From Bigelowiella natans CCMP2755 (Eukaryota > Protista > Cercozoa): a DNA stretch of 64,000 nt. The stretch spans positions 1-64,000 of the forward strand of contig ADNK01003482.1 of assembly GCA_000320545.1 (NCBI GenBank). Direction: 5' to 3'. This document shows positions 12,807 through 26,194 of the stretch, piece by piece. The translations under genes and the position numbers were made by a program. Under the pieces are notes generated by a model. That model ran no database searches. It was not told the DNA's origin and worked only from the letters and a program-made list of their open reading frames with translations. The first letter of the stretch is position 1; each line of letters opens with the position of its first letter.

Positions 12807-15800
12807 ATGATGTTAAGTTCAGGCCCCCCCCCGGCGATCTTTGTCTTGTTCTTTTTACAGCTGAGGATATTTGTCATAGCTGCTGTTGGCGTTGATCTCG
12901 AATTCTACAAGCGCTTTTCCCCAAGCAAACAAACCTTTATATGGGGATATCCGGGTCAAGAAGGCCTTTGCATTCATTATTGTCAGCTGGTGCAATTAAA
13001 TTATCGACAATACATGAACTCATACCTAGTATAACTGTTGCAGAGTTCGGTCCAGCGCATGATCTGGGACACATTGAGCTTGTCCACTATGTTAACGAGA
13101 CCATCTACCCGCTTTTTGACCCTCCTATTGAGATTGTTGGTAGGGGTATACCTGACCCTGAATTCGGCGTTCTATCGAGCGCTGATGTAGCTGGTGATTG
13201 ATCTGATAATATTGTAAATAGTAGTCGACTTTGTTGTTCCTGCTTTATAATTTATATCAACCAACCTCGTTTAACGCAATGTTACACCTTGATGAGTTCT
13301 AACACGTTTTGTTCGGGCTGAACTTAATCTGCAGGCATTGACTATGTCCACCTCGATCAGCAAAAGCACGTTTGTTTGCAGCTGTCGCATGCAACACAAG
13401 CGATAGCTACTAGGATTTCCAGAATTGGAAATACGGTTTGTAGCTCATCATAATTATCAAGAACATACGTCAAAAAATGGAACTTATGTAAATCAATCAC
13501 AGGGAATTACTACCGGTTACACTGGGGGTGCTATATTTACGCTGGTGAACAATACGGAAATAAATGACCTCGCTGATATACGAGATAAGGTATTTTCTCT
13601 CAAATTTCCTCCTTTCCAAGAAAATGATCAATAGTAAACAAATGTCATGGCTAATATAAAACTTACTTACTGACTTTATATTGTCGTCTTGTGTGTACAC
13701 TTTTCAAAAGAGCAAGCCTCACATTATAGTATATCATTGAATAACCAATATGACATCATCTACCACCGTTATTAGGTGATTTTAACTTTAATACCGAGCA
13801 ACTTTCCATCTGCTGTGATTCATCGAGAGGCTATTAGAGTTGCTGCTGGGTTAGTTATTAGAGAAATCATCATACCAACACCTATGTCTTGGAATAAAAG
13901 ATTTGTTCACGCTCATTGATTTATTTTATTGTTCCTTACATCTACGCAGCTTTGACATAATGGCTGAGGCACGAAAAATTATTATCATGAGAAGATTTAA
14001 CTTCACTTCAATCCTGAACGGGCATGCGGATGTCGTATTCCTACCGGCTGGTGTTATTCAGACTAAATAATTAAGCCTATTTTTTTTCTGATGATGGATC
14101 TCCTGACTAGCATGCTAATTAAGAGACATGTTGTGAAATACTGGGAGTACTTATCCTCCTTTCAGCTCTTTTCTGGGAATTCATTTTTAACAAGTAGCTA
14201 CTTAATGTTTTTATCCCTTTCTCCTTCATTTTCTTCTTCTTCTCCTTGTTGCTACTGCTACTGCTACTTCTAATACAAACATCATCATCAATTCTCAGGG
14301 ATATATGAAGCATTTCAAGGACTTGGTTTCTTACAACCCAATCTGTTCAAGGCTCTCAACCCACCACAAGCAGCCAACACCACTTCCTCATCTTCATCTT
14401 TGTCGTCGTTTCCTTACCAGCTTTCCACAGCTTTGTATCCCGAGTTTGCAATCGCTTGGATTCCAGAACACTCGTCGCCTGATGTTGATTGGATCGTTAC
14501 AAAAGCGATTAATGAGGCTCTTATAGCGCTTAATGGCACTCACACCGCCATGGTTAACTTAGGAATGGATAGGTTTGAGTCACCGTTTAGCTACGCGAAA
14601 GTACATGACGCATTAATCGAAATTGGGTTAGCAAAGCAGGATCCCATGTCGCTCACTAGGGAGTGTGAAGTTCCTCAAGACATTTACTCATCCATTACAT
14701 GTTCTGAAGGGTAATGTTAGTGTATTTTACATGGGTTCTATGTCAAGTTTCTAATAGGCACGTGTGATTTATATATTATTCTGTACTTGTAACAGTCAAA
14801 ACGACAAACAATCTCCTTTGGTTACTTCTCCTCCTCCTCCTCCCTCTCTCCATTATCTTTTTCCAAATTTTGATTCAGATATTATAAGCGCAGTCGTGTT
14901 CAATTCAACACCGATTGTGGTAAGGAAGACTGTCCCTACGGTATGACATGTACGTGCCGTCCCTGTCGTAAGGCGGAACCAGTCGAGATTTTTAGGGCAA
15001 ACAATACGTCTTGTGAAAAGTTATCAATTTGTGCAAAAGTCAAACAGAACGAACCTATGACTTTCACGATTCGCGACAACCTCAATCGCAACCTACCTAT
15101 CAGGTTAAGATCCTTACAACCAATACTGTATGTTTGCACGGAGCAAATGGATGATGCCCATGAAATTGATGATAACAGTATTGATGATATTGATAATAGG
15201 TAATGGTGGGGGTGGTGGCGATGATCATGAATAATCTAATGAAGGGTTGATAACGATAGCAAACATGATGATGCTGGTTTTTAAGAGTCCATATGAATAA
15301 CCTCAAGCATTCACGTGCTAATCTCAACTAATACTCCTCCTCTCTAACTTTCCCCCCCCCCCCCCTTCTCCCGTGCATCTATCTCTCCCTTTATCTCTGT
15401 CTTTGTGTATATACACGTACAAAAAGTTATTTATTCCGCGTTGAGACTACGACGCCAGGGATTTCATTTCCAAGATATGGAAATTTATCATCATCCGGAA
15501 ATTCCACTTACACACTATTGCTGGCAACTGCGCAGAAAGGAGAGCACATCCTAGAGATTTTTATAAATAATGAGAAAACTTCTGTTTCGCCTGTCCTTGT
15601 TACCGTGTCGGAGAGAAGTTGTGGGTACAACTTTAAAGCTAGTGCAACCACTGGCGAGTGCTTAATGACGAAAAAGTAATAAATTAGATGCTATTAAGAG
15701 GATTATACCATCGCAATGCTTGCAGCATTTAATATAGTAGTTATTTTGGCCTTACTATCGTGTTATTATGCCTGTCAGGTACGTATACTTCGATAGATGG

Positions 15801-17018
15801 TTTCAGTACTTTTGCATTGTACTCGTAGCCATTGCGGTGGCAATATCACTCTTTTGTGCCGCCTGGACATACCAGAATAGAGAGCTTAAAATTGTAGTCG
15901 CGTCTCAGCCCATATTCCTTTACATCCTGTGTCTTGGCTGCGGGGTTTCTTCAATAGCAATATTATTCGTGGGGCTTGATGATGATCCAAACTACGGTAT
16001 CTCCGCTAGAAATCTGGACTTCACGTGTAACGCATTCCTATGGGTGCACACATTAGGTTTCAATCTCACAATATCTGCGTTGTTCACCAAAATGTTTCGC
16101 GTGAAGCAGCTCATGATAGACGCCATTTCTACTAACGTGGATCAATCCCTTATTCCGCATATCAAGGGAATTGTTAAATCTTTCTTCCTTGAGGCTATTA
16201 TCATCACCACATTTTCGGTTATTTCGCCTTTGCGATGGAAAAGATATTGTGGACAGCAAAGTGAAGATGAAAATGAGTTTTGTACTTCAATTGGACGATG
16301 CCACAGCACTTTGGGATTGCCGTTATTTGGTGTGGTGTTGCTCCTGCATATGTCTTACATCGTCTACACGCTCATCACGTGTTACCAGGCACGCACTATA
16401 CCCCAAGAATTCGCAGAGCACAAATGGATCACTGCAGCCTGTATCAGTATGGCGGAGATCATACTAGTTGTACCACTTCTTATCGCTTTAACATGGGATT
16501 ATCCCATGATCTCGTCCTTCCTCCTTGCAGTTTCCTTATTTCTCAATGATATATCCGTATTGCTTATGGTTTTCCTCCCGAAGATGCACCTCATATCGCA
16601 AGCTGACACCGAAAAAACTCTCAGACAGGAAGACGTTATGTTCAATCTTCGGAAGAAGGTCCGTAACATCAAGGATATAAAACATAGCAATCTGGAGAGG
16701 AACATGAAACGCTCTTCTCCTATTACGAAATCCAAAACTGGGGTTCGCAGTTTACCTGGGAGGGGTGGGTGTTCATTTGAAAACGAATCTAATCCTGGAA
16801 GTCTTGGGTTTCATCCTGACCGGAGTGCTAATAGGGCTCTGACAAACATGTTCCGAATTTCCCCAGAAACTGATGTCAGCGTTGTCAATGTGTTAGCAAC
16901 TGCGGACAAAAGCCAACGAACCTTTCCAACACCAACGCAATTGCAAGTGTCAGCTAATACTTCTATTTCAAAAGCTAATTTTCGAAGAAGCGCATCTCGA
17001 AGCATATCTCGAAGTTGA
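12807..17018 (+). CDS. Class C (GABA-B-like, 7tm_3) GPCR with N-terminal phosphate/phosphonate-type periplasmic-binding domain and Cys-rich linker
   Basis: Hydrophobic N-terminal signal. PBP-like motifs GGAIFTLVNNTEINDLADIRDK and STALYPEFAIA. Cys-rich CTCRPC. Final exon has 7 TM segments with class C motifs IVVASQPIFL, GFNLTISALFTKMFRV, PLRW, IPQEFAEHKWI, FLPK. Confidence 0.82.
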
Positions 17019-17099
17019 CTAACTGTGCATTGCACACAGTGTGTGCACGTTGCATTTGTTGTCTTAACAACAGTAGTAAGATTTCCCACCACATCACAG

Positions 17100-17900
17100 A
17101 GTGCAACCGTTCAATGATTCACACACTGTTCAAGCCTCACAACGTGTGAACCACAATGCAAACATGAATTTGGCAAATTGTTGGCTGTTGCACACCACAG
17201 GACACCACAGCACACCACAGCACACCAGGTGTGATTGCAGGTGAATTTTCCATGATCGTGATGATGACAGGGGGAAAGCAATGGGAAACAAGATGTTTCG
17301 ATCTGCAGTGACACATTCATCTCTTGCTCAATGATGTTGTGATGCTCGCAGCACTGCCGCTCATTCGCTGGTTTCGCAATGAACCAATCTAGCAATGGCA
17401 ACCGCCTCAATTGGTGTCCATTGCAACAGGTACTGTGTCCACAGTCATTGCTCTCATCCTTTGAGCAAGCTCCAGTGCTGGCAACCTGGCAATGGCAGCT
17501 CTGGAGCTAGTTGCCCACGTGAGCTCACAAGTGAACGAGCTTTTGCGCGTGGCACAAACCGTTGGCCACGCACGCGCACCAAAACTGCACTCAACCTGCA
17601 ACGCGTGCAACGTGACAAGTGACACGTCGTGTGTGAGGACAGTGCAACGAGCACTCGGCTCACTGCGATGCGCGCTCAGCGCCAGAGCTAGCGGCCAGCT
17701 AGCCAGGCAGGCGTGAGCACAACAACATTTGCTAGCTTGCACCTGCTGATTCCAACAGTTCAGCTCAAAGAATCATTGGATGTGCTGATTCATCCAATTC
17801 CTCTTCAAAGCACCATGAAAAATTGAGGGTTCGTTTCGCATCCGCCTGTCACGAGCGCTCAGACATTGTTTGGTGTCGTCCTCCTGCATCTGCATGCAGT
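17100..17900. other. TpA-depleted zone (CTAG spared)
   Basis: Hand count: only 6 TA dinucleotides in ~800 bp, 5 of them in CTAG. Rich in TGCA/CATG/CACA, with CpG present. Confidence 0.85.
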
Positions 17901-18151
17901 GCTCTCGATGACAACTAACTTCTTCTTGCGGAAGCAACAACACGTCAGTAATTTATCTGATGATAATATTCCTGAATGTGATGCATCTTTATTGTAGCTG
18001 CTGTGAAATTAGGATCACAGGTTGATCAACAATAGTTTGAATTTGATTAATTTAGATGTATTGGGAACACAAATTGGCCTAAAAGCAGAGTACTACAAGA
18101 CAACACACAAGACAACAACCACAAAAGTCGCCCCCCCCCCTCCTGGTGACT

Positions 18152-19468
18152 ATGACATCTCATCATCAACTGGTCGATGAGTTTGGAGAAGAAGCAGCAG
18201 CTGACCTAGAATACTTTGATTCGCTTCTCAATACAGTTCCTGCCAATTATTATTATCCAAAACAACACGACTCGGCCAGCGCTGCGATTGGAAAGTTGTC
18301 AGCGAAACAGCGCAAGTCTTCGGGCATCACAGATCCCCACCGCATGCTAAGCGTTCTTGATGTAGCTAAATTCGTGTGGAGTAAAGCTTCTGGATCCAAA
18401 AGGTCCAATTTCAACACAGCTGACACAACGAAGAAGGCAAAAGGTGCTAAAAAATCACGCAGTGAAGCCAAGAGCATCGACGCTTTACGCCAACTACTGA
18501 AAGATAAAATGGAAAGTTTACGGTCAGGACGTGGTTCAAAAAATGAAAACGGTGGTGGTAAAATCAAACAGAAGGTTGCATCAAAGAAAAAAACAAAAGC
18601 TGATGATACTGGGGCAAAAAAAAGGAAACATCAGAGGGAATCGAAAATGAATCCTACGAAAAGACTCAAATCTGAGGATCAAGCAACTGAAGAGGTTGGT
18701 GACGGTGACCTCATGTTCAGCGGACTTAAAAATAATTCAGAAAAGAATTCTAGATCTATGAAGAAGAATAAGAAAAAGGCGAAGAAATCGAGTGAGGAAC
18801 TACAACTCCAAAGGATACAGGAATTTGAGAAGAAGGTGTGAGTACTCTTTCGAGAAAATTCATTTAAGTCAAATAATAAGTCTTTGCTTTATCAGCTTAA
18901 GAATGTCAGCACGAAGGAACGGGAAGAAATTCTTCATGAGAGACGAATTTCCCATGCCATAAGTCGAGCGCAGGGAATTGCAGTGAAAGACGATAAAAAG
19001 TAAAATGTTCACCTTATTGCGAATAGCAGAATCTCTCAAAATTATAATTGTATGAGGGAAATCTTTATAAAAAATTAAAATGTCACTAACATTCATAGTT
19101 CCATTGTAATGACTCTATCGTAAGCGTAAGCTCTATCATCTTTTTTAAAATCGGTGTATAAGACATATGACTTGTTTCAGATTGCTACGGAAGCAAATAT
19201 CACGCAAGAATGCAAAGAAGGCGAAATCAAAGAAGGCGTGGGAATCACGAATGGTACCTATCGACATTTCCTATAACTTGTTGAAAGACTTCTCCAAACA
19301 AAAGGATATATCACCTGATCTAAATTTTCTGGCATGTATTAAATTTCTCAGCAACAGCTCCAGACGGAGCAGAAGACTGAATTAGATAAACGAGATCAAA
19401 ATGTCAAGGAATATAATGCAAAGAAATCAGAGGCGCGAATTGCTAAACGAAAGGCAAAAAGAAAATAA
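18152..19468 (+). CDS. SURF6: SURF6/Rrp14 ribosome biogenesis protein
   Basis: YFDSLLNTVPANYY (Rrp14 N-terminus), LRQLLKDKMESLR, RAQGIAVKDD, LLRKQISRKNAKKAKSKKAWESR. Lys-rich and spliced. Confidence 0.85.
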
Positions 19469-20125
19469 TGCTTCTTCGCAATTAATGCAGCAGCCCGGCA
19501 CATGATATAATTTATGTATCATCTTTGATGACCATGGCAATATACCATGATGTTATTAAGCACAACAAGTATGATTTGCATTTTTATCTCTGACATTATA
19601 CAGCTCTATGCAAGTAAATGATAACGTTCGTATGTTACTTTTTGCAATAGTTGGTCAGAGAATCTGAGTCTTACGCATGTGAACTAGCTGCTAGAGAGCA
19701 GCCAGCTCAGCTCATCGTCATGCATGGCTATTTGTAGCAACCCACCCGCCATGCAAGCAGCATTCATAGACTTTAAATTGACGCTCTAATTCATCGTCAC
19801 GCATGTCATTTTTTTTAGCTCTGTGCGTTGTTTCCATGCTAGCACGCGTGCGTATACAGTAGCGAAGACATATGCACAGGTAGATAGTCTCACATCAGTG
19901 CACGCTGCACTTATTATATACACTGTCCATGCTGCTAACAGCGAGCAAGCATGCTAGCAGCATGCACATGTCTATGCACACCATGCGTGCTGTTCCATCT
20001 GCATCCCAATGTCATCCACGGATACACATCTGAATCATCAATATAATTTGCGTTTTGCTCGCACATGTGTAAAAATTGTGAGGGCACGCTACGATGCAGC
20101 ACCTGCCAAGGAAAGTATTTCGCTG

Positions 20126-20214
20126 TTATTGAGTGTACCATAAAGCTGAGAAGAGGTCAATGACCCTTGTGTGCTTACCTGTGATTGCCGAAACAAATAT
20201 GTAAATAGATGCAT

Positions 20215-20271
<57 letters not shown>

Positions 20272-20830
20272 TTTAAAAAGATGATTAATTCAATATATAG
20301 AATATGGCTTACATCTATTGCTGACGATTGCGATCTATCTCCATCTCTGCAAAAAAGCAGCACTGCACTCATTCGTGTTAATGGCTGAATGAAAAGAGGG
20401 AGAGGAGGGTGGAAGGGGAAAGAAAAATGCAAAAAATGTGTTTATACGTAGTCTTACCCCCATCGTCCCTGGAGATATCTAATATCTTTCTCGATCTGAT
20501 GAGCCAAATAATAGAATGCAGCCATACTTGTGAGACGATGGTCAAGTGGACACGAGATCCTACTGAGCTAACACCATGAGAAATAACTAGCTGCTTGTGA
20601 TCGGGGTTGCAGCTGTTTGCTTAAATTACTACTCACCTCTACATGTGTTGCTTCAGCTACCCTGCACATAACTTTTGCTAGATCAACAACCTCGACACCC
20701 TGATCAATACATATATGATCCAAAACTGAAGAAATGAGAAGGATTGGGAAATATTTTCCAGAAGAGAGTATAGGAGGGAGGAGGAGGAGGAATATTACAA
20801 CTACTGAGAAGAATCCAAAATTAGTTGCAC

Positions 20831-20867
<37 letters not shown>

Positions 20868-21510
20868 TGGTCGTTGTGGTAATGATGATAATAACCTCAC
20901 GCATTTCTTCTCACCCTTCTTCATATTATGAACTACCTACAAAGACAAACAGCTTGCCAAAGCACCAAAATCAATACCTTGAGATGCGACGGAAGGAGAA
21001 GTCCAAGTCCAAGCTTATCATAAACCTGCATATCATCATCATCACCATCATCATCATCATTATCTCACTATCGGCTTCCTTCATTATCACTAGTCATCAC
21101 CATCTCTCTTAAAGGGTCTTTTCTCCAAGTTCCAAGGATCTGCATGGTCATACAGATAGTAGCATGAATAATCTCCGTGGTTACGTGTGCATTTGTTGTA
21201 TCATAATGATAATCAGTAGTAGCAGCAGCGCACGAAAGCATATTGTCCTGTAATGGAGTCGGTCTCCTCCAGAAATTACCCATCTCGGCTGATATATCGT
21301 CACAGCTGGGAAGCTTAGTTCATTAAGCAAATCCTCACACTGAGTTGACAAAGAGAGGATGGTAACAATAATGACGACACTTGGTGCTCCTTCTCCTTCC
21401 ATATCTTCTTTTTCTCGATACCCGAAATGATGATGCGAACAATAGACCAAAGCTGCTACGTCGTCATTTTTCAAATAATTTATGAGAGGCTTGATTCGCT
21501 ACATAACCCC

Positions 21511-21545
<35 letters not shown>

Positions 21546-23036
21546 GCTGTTGTTTGTTATTATTATCATTGTTGTTGTTGTTGTTGTTGTTACGGTCCAA
21601 ACGAACCTCTCCCTTCGCTCTCAATACGGCATCTTCCGAGCAAGGGTCTGCTCCTGTTAGGAAGTAGTGGTAGGCATTACGTTAACATCATTCACCAGTA
21701 GTAGACTCGAATAACATCTCAGAACGAATGGATGTGTGTAAGTAACCGTGTTGTGAGAGATAGGAAAAATGCCCGACAGTTCCTGAATCCTTGCAAACTA
21801 TTTTTGTTATTATATTGTCACTTGTTACTGAGGATGTCATATTTTTTTCACCTTCCTTCCCACCTTCAGAGCCATTTCTCTCACAGTGACGAAAAGTTAG
21901 TTAACAAAAATAGAGGAGGCAAGAAGAAAATTAAGCCTCTTGTTCTTCTTCTTGTTGTGGTTGTCGTCGTCGTCGTTGTTGTTGTTGTTGTTGTTGTTGT
22001 TGTTCCTCGATCTTAGTTTCCTTTCCTTTCTCTTTTTCATATAATGTTTGACTCCTACAATAACTACCACTTACTTTTGGCGAAGGCATAGGCAAGATCT
22101 CTATCCACCATCTCAGCTGTGCTGCTACTGTCATATTCCTGCTCTTTTACTTCATACTGCGGCCATGCTGTGTGTCTCCTATGGTTTAGGTACTGATTTA
22201 TGGGATAATCGCCTCTCCACACGTACATTTGAAGATCACATAGATGCGTTGTTATTTAGTCATTATTTCTCTACTAAGTTGGTACAACTTAATGTTGTCC
22301 GCCCCAATGACACAGAAAGCGTGGGTGCATCCCTTTACCAGCCTAGCTCCATCCCTGCCATAATTTCGTCAAGATGTGATGAATTGTATAAAATGATAGC
22401 AGCCGCTGGCATACAAACATGTGTGCGGCGTGCTAATAATGCCCACAGGCGTCTACCCTGAGATATTTACCTCTCCAGATCTTCCGGTGTCGGGTTCTTG
22501 CCTATCATATGCTGCATTGGGAAATGAGGTTTAGAACTATTCTCTGGAATTATATAACAACGACGACGACGACGGCAAAAGCAACGATTACTTGCCTCAA
22601 GCCTCGCATATCCAACTCTTTGTCATATATCGCCAGTTCCAATGGGTACAACCGCGATCGGGAAATGCTTGCAATCTGCTTTCAAATTGCAAACACTTAC
22701 TACTATTTGCTCATTGTACCGGGCAACAATTTTAGTCTCCTGGTGGATACAAACGCAGAGAAAACGAAAGCAATTTCGAAGGCTATCGAATCAACTCAAA
22801 AGTGAAGGAAATTTTGAAAGGATAGGCGTCTCCATTACTCTACCCCGTTCGTGAAGACTTGGGAGTTGAGTAGTTGGACGATTAGCCGTCTGCCCACCTA
22901 ACAATGATGGCACGAGGCGTGGGAGAGGAAGTTGAGGAGTAGGAGAGATGAGTAATTGACAATTTACTGGTCTGTGAGAAAATGGAAATCCAATGGATAG
23001 AACCTGCCCTGTACCACCAAATACAGCTGCTCGCAT
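20126..23036 (-). CDS. TIP30/HTATIP2(CC3)-like NAD(P)-binding Rossmann protein, multi-exon
   Basis: MRAAVFGGTGQ|VGRRL (GxxGxxG), GCTHAFCVIG, VDRDLAYAFAK, HFSYLSQHGAD, RAKGE|CEDLLNELSFPAVTIYQP, GVEVVDLAKVM. The 3' end is approximate. Confidence 0.72.
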
Positions 23037-23079
23037 CGAAGTGCCGTCGTCAGTTAGGGTGGGATGATGTAAGGAGAGC

Positions 23080-23125
<46 letters not shown>

Positions 23126-23431
23126 AGGGTAATTCAGAATATTTTTAATGCATAATATATCTAATTTCTACTTTATTTTATTTTTATTTTTACTGGAGAA
23201 TTGTTTTCATTATTTTCATATAAAGGATAGTTCTACATTGATACATCGATGATTTATCCAATAATATTTTCCTATAAACTCGCATCCTGCAAGAATAGCT
23301 CGAATGCAGGCCGTAAACCCGAGGAGGAACTGTGTAAAACATAGCTGAAGAGAAGGAGGAGAGGAGGACAGGAGAGCATGAGAAAGAGCCATCCCTTGTT
23401 CTTCTTTAAATAAAATCTGGTCTTCATTCTC

Positions 23432-24107
23432 ATGGCACTTACTACGAGTCGCTTTTCGATCTTCACCTCGCCCACTTTCGTTACGGCCTTGCTCTTTACC
23501 GTCTCCACCACCAAGGGCCTCCCATTTTCTCTGTGGGAAAGCTCACTTATGCTAACTGGTGTGAGTAATGTTGTGAACCGTGCTGCAGTGGTGACAACAG
23601 CTGCTTGTACCAAAGTCGCGCAACCAGCAGAGCTAACATGGTTACCTAAGCACCAATGCGATCTCTGCAACAGGACGTATACCAGGTAATAGAGTTAAAC
23701 GTAGAAGATTGCATAAGGGGTAGTTGTGAACGCATCTACTTAAATGGGTGTCTTTTACGAGGAGATAGATATTACTTTGACGACAGAACGCACAATTATT
23801 TCGGAAGGTTCAAAGCGATGACGGCGCATGTAAAGACAGCTCACCAAAATGCTACATGGCCATGCAGCCTCTGTAACAAAAAGTTTCCCTATCCAACAAG
23901 CCTAAGGCTCCACATAAATGTGCATAAGGTGAGAGATAGCGTATATGTAAGCTATAATTTATTGCCTTAACATCAAAATTTTAGTCTCTCAGGCCATACA
24001 AGTGCGGCATTTGTGGGCACTCGTACAGGCAGAAGAAAGATCTTGAGATTCATGAAACAAAGAGGAGTAAAAAAGGAACGTGTCCACCGATTAAAAGAAG
24101 AAGATAA
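23432..24107 (+). CDS. Small C2H2 zinc-finger protein (3 fingers)
   Basis: Spliced: HQCDLCNRTYTR|FKAMTAHVKTAH, WPCSLCNKKFPYPTSLRLHINVHK|SLRPYKCGICGHSYRQKKDLEIH, basic tail KRRR*. Start codon uncertain. Confidence 0.8.
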
Positions 24108-25142
24108 TGAACAATGAACATCAAGGAAAAACTAATTGAATAATGAAGAGAAAGGATTAGTAGCAAGTGTAGTTCCAGAAACTCTGAAAACGACGAGGTA
24201 TGTTTTCCAAAATCTTTCCAGACGAAAATAATACAGTCATGTCACGGAACGTCTTTTAATTTATTCTACTTTATTAATTTAGATCGGATGTGGAGCTTGT
24301 GAATTGATATTACGTGACCGCAGCGACTTGACTTTCTCTGGAAGTTGGTGAATCTTCCCCTTCATATGCGGGAAACATGTTATTTCATGAAATATACTAG
24401 GCGTAGTATGTCTTCCGGTGAAAGTGGCACTACCAGACTTCCTCAGAAAGGAAATTTGCAGCTGTATCTAAGAATTATAATTATAGTGACTATCCATACG
24501 CGAGGAAGAAAAAGAAAGCATAGGAAATAAAATCGAATTTGAAAGTTTCTTCTTCATCACAACCATGTTCGCGTCGATCACGCAATCAAAAGCTGTAGGT
24601 AAGCAAGTCACGATAAAGGTACCCTGCATGATGATGTTATGCAGCTGAAAGCAGCGAGACTGTCTTGCATGCCATTACTGTAACTAGGTAATAGCGTCAG
24701 TGCATATGCATGTAGGCATCGCTAGATCGCCGCTGTGTCATGACCACAACCCCACATTCAATTTCCCTGCTGACGGTAGTAGCAAAAATTGCGAAAATGC
24801 GCAACATGAAAAATTTTGCCTACGTACTGACGACCTACTGCTGAACTAAATTGCTAGAATGACATGGTGAAAATCACAGGCATATCACATGTTTTCTGCA
24901 AAAACAATCTTTGTTGAAAATGACAGCATAGCAAAAATCCACAGCAGTAGAACATCGCGCACAACACAATGTAACTTGCCCATCGCCTTACATTTATGCA
25001 CACATGCAATGGAGCAGCTCGTGCCACTTTTGCGCGTCATTGTTGACAAATATCTTCCGTTGTGAGAAGAAAATTTGATATGAAATAGAAATACATGTGG
25101 CAAGCTTTGATTGCGTCAATGTATTATATTCATCCATTAATG

Positions 25143-26128
25143 CTAGGAAGCTGCAGATTCTTCCCCCATTTCTTCCTCCTCGACCCTCGGCCACAGATCT
25201 GTGCAGGGTCTGTTAATTGCTGGGTCTTTCAGCGTAGGGTCTGCCGTTGATACCAGGGGGCACGGTGACTTCTCTTCGACGAGAAATCCCATGTCTCTAA
25301 ACATCTTGAGGGTTTTTTGGAGCTTCTTACAGAATCTGTCAACATCCTTACGTGTGTTGTACACGTAAAGGGACGCCCTAGCAGATCCAGCAATGCCTAG
25401 AGAACGATGTAGTGGTTGCGTGCAATGATGACCTGATCGGATTGCGACACCTTCCTGATCGAGAAAGAAAGCAAGGTCGTTGGCGTGCACGCCGGGGATA
25501 TTGAAGGCCACAAGTGCGCCCCTTCCCTCCCCCGCTGCTGAATCGGGGGAGGGGCCATAAAGGCGCACGCCCTCCATCTCTGACAGCGACTCCCATAAAT
25601 ATCGGCCGAGTTCCACCTCGTACGAATGGACACGTCCCATGTCCAAAGACTGGAGATATCTGCAAGCTTCCCCTAGCGCAACAGCCTCCGGGTATGGAAC
25701 TCCACCTGCCTCGAATCTCCATGGAACCGGAAGGAAGGCCGTTGAGGGCGGAGGTGCAGAGGGATCAAGAGATACCTCTGTGAATATTTGAGCTCCAGTG
25801 TTTAGCGGTTCCATAGTCTCGAGCAACTCTTTTCTATATTATTATTATTTTCCCGCAAAACAACAAAAGGAGGAGGAGGAGGAGGAGGAGGAGGAGGAGG
25901 AGGACATTTAGTCACCAAGCATAAATGCTATGAGATCTATGGCAGCAGCTATAGTTTCATCGCGATTTCTTTGCGTTTATTCCATAAAGGTTCGATGATG
26001 TTTTCCGTGATGATACTTTCTGTCTAACGTTTGTTAGTAATGCAAGGGAAAACTGATCGATTATCTTGATTATGATCGCTTGGGATTCTCGATGTTTATG
26101 ACATTTATTTCTCTCTTCATCACGCACT

Positions 26129-26194
<66 letters not shown>

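Noticed and set aside
17111-17742. Cys/His-rich ORFs as metal-binding proteins (also at 46457-47463, 52763-53264, 61284-62422)
   Set aside because: They are an artefact of TpA loss, which removes stops and Tyr codons in all six frames; no domain motifs.
23272-23670. 132-aa minus-strand ORF overlapping the zinc-finger 5' region
   Set aside because: No recognisable motif or supporting exon structure, and the plus strand carries the clear C2H2 frame.
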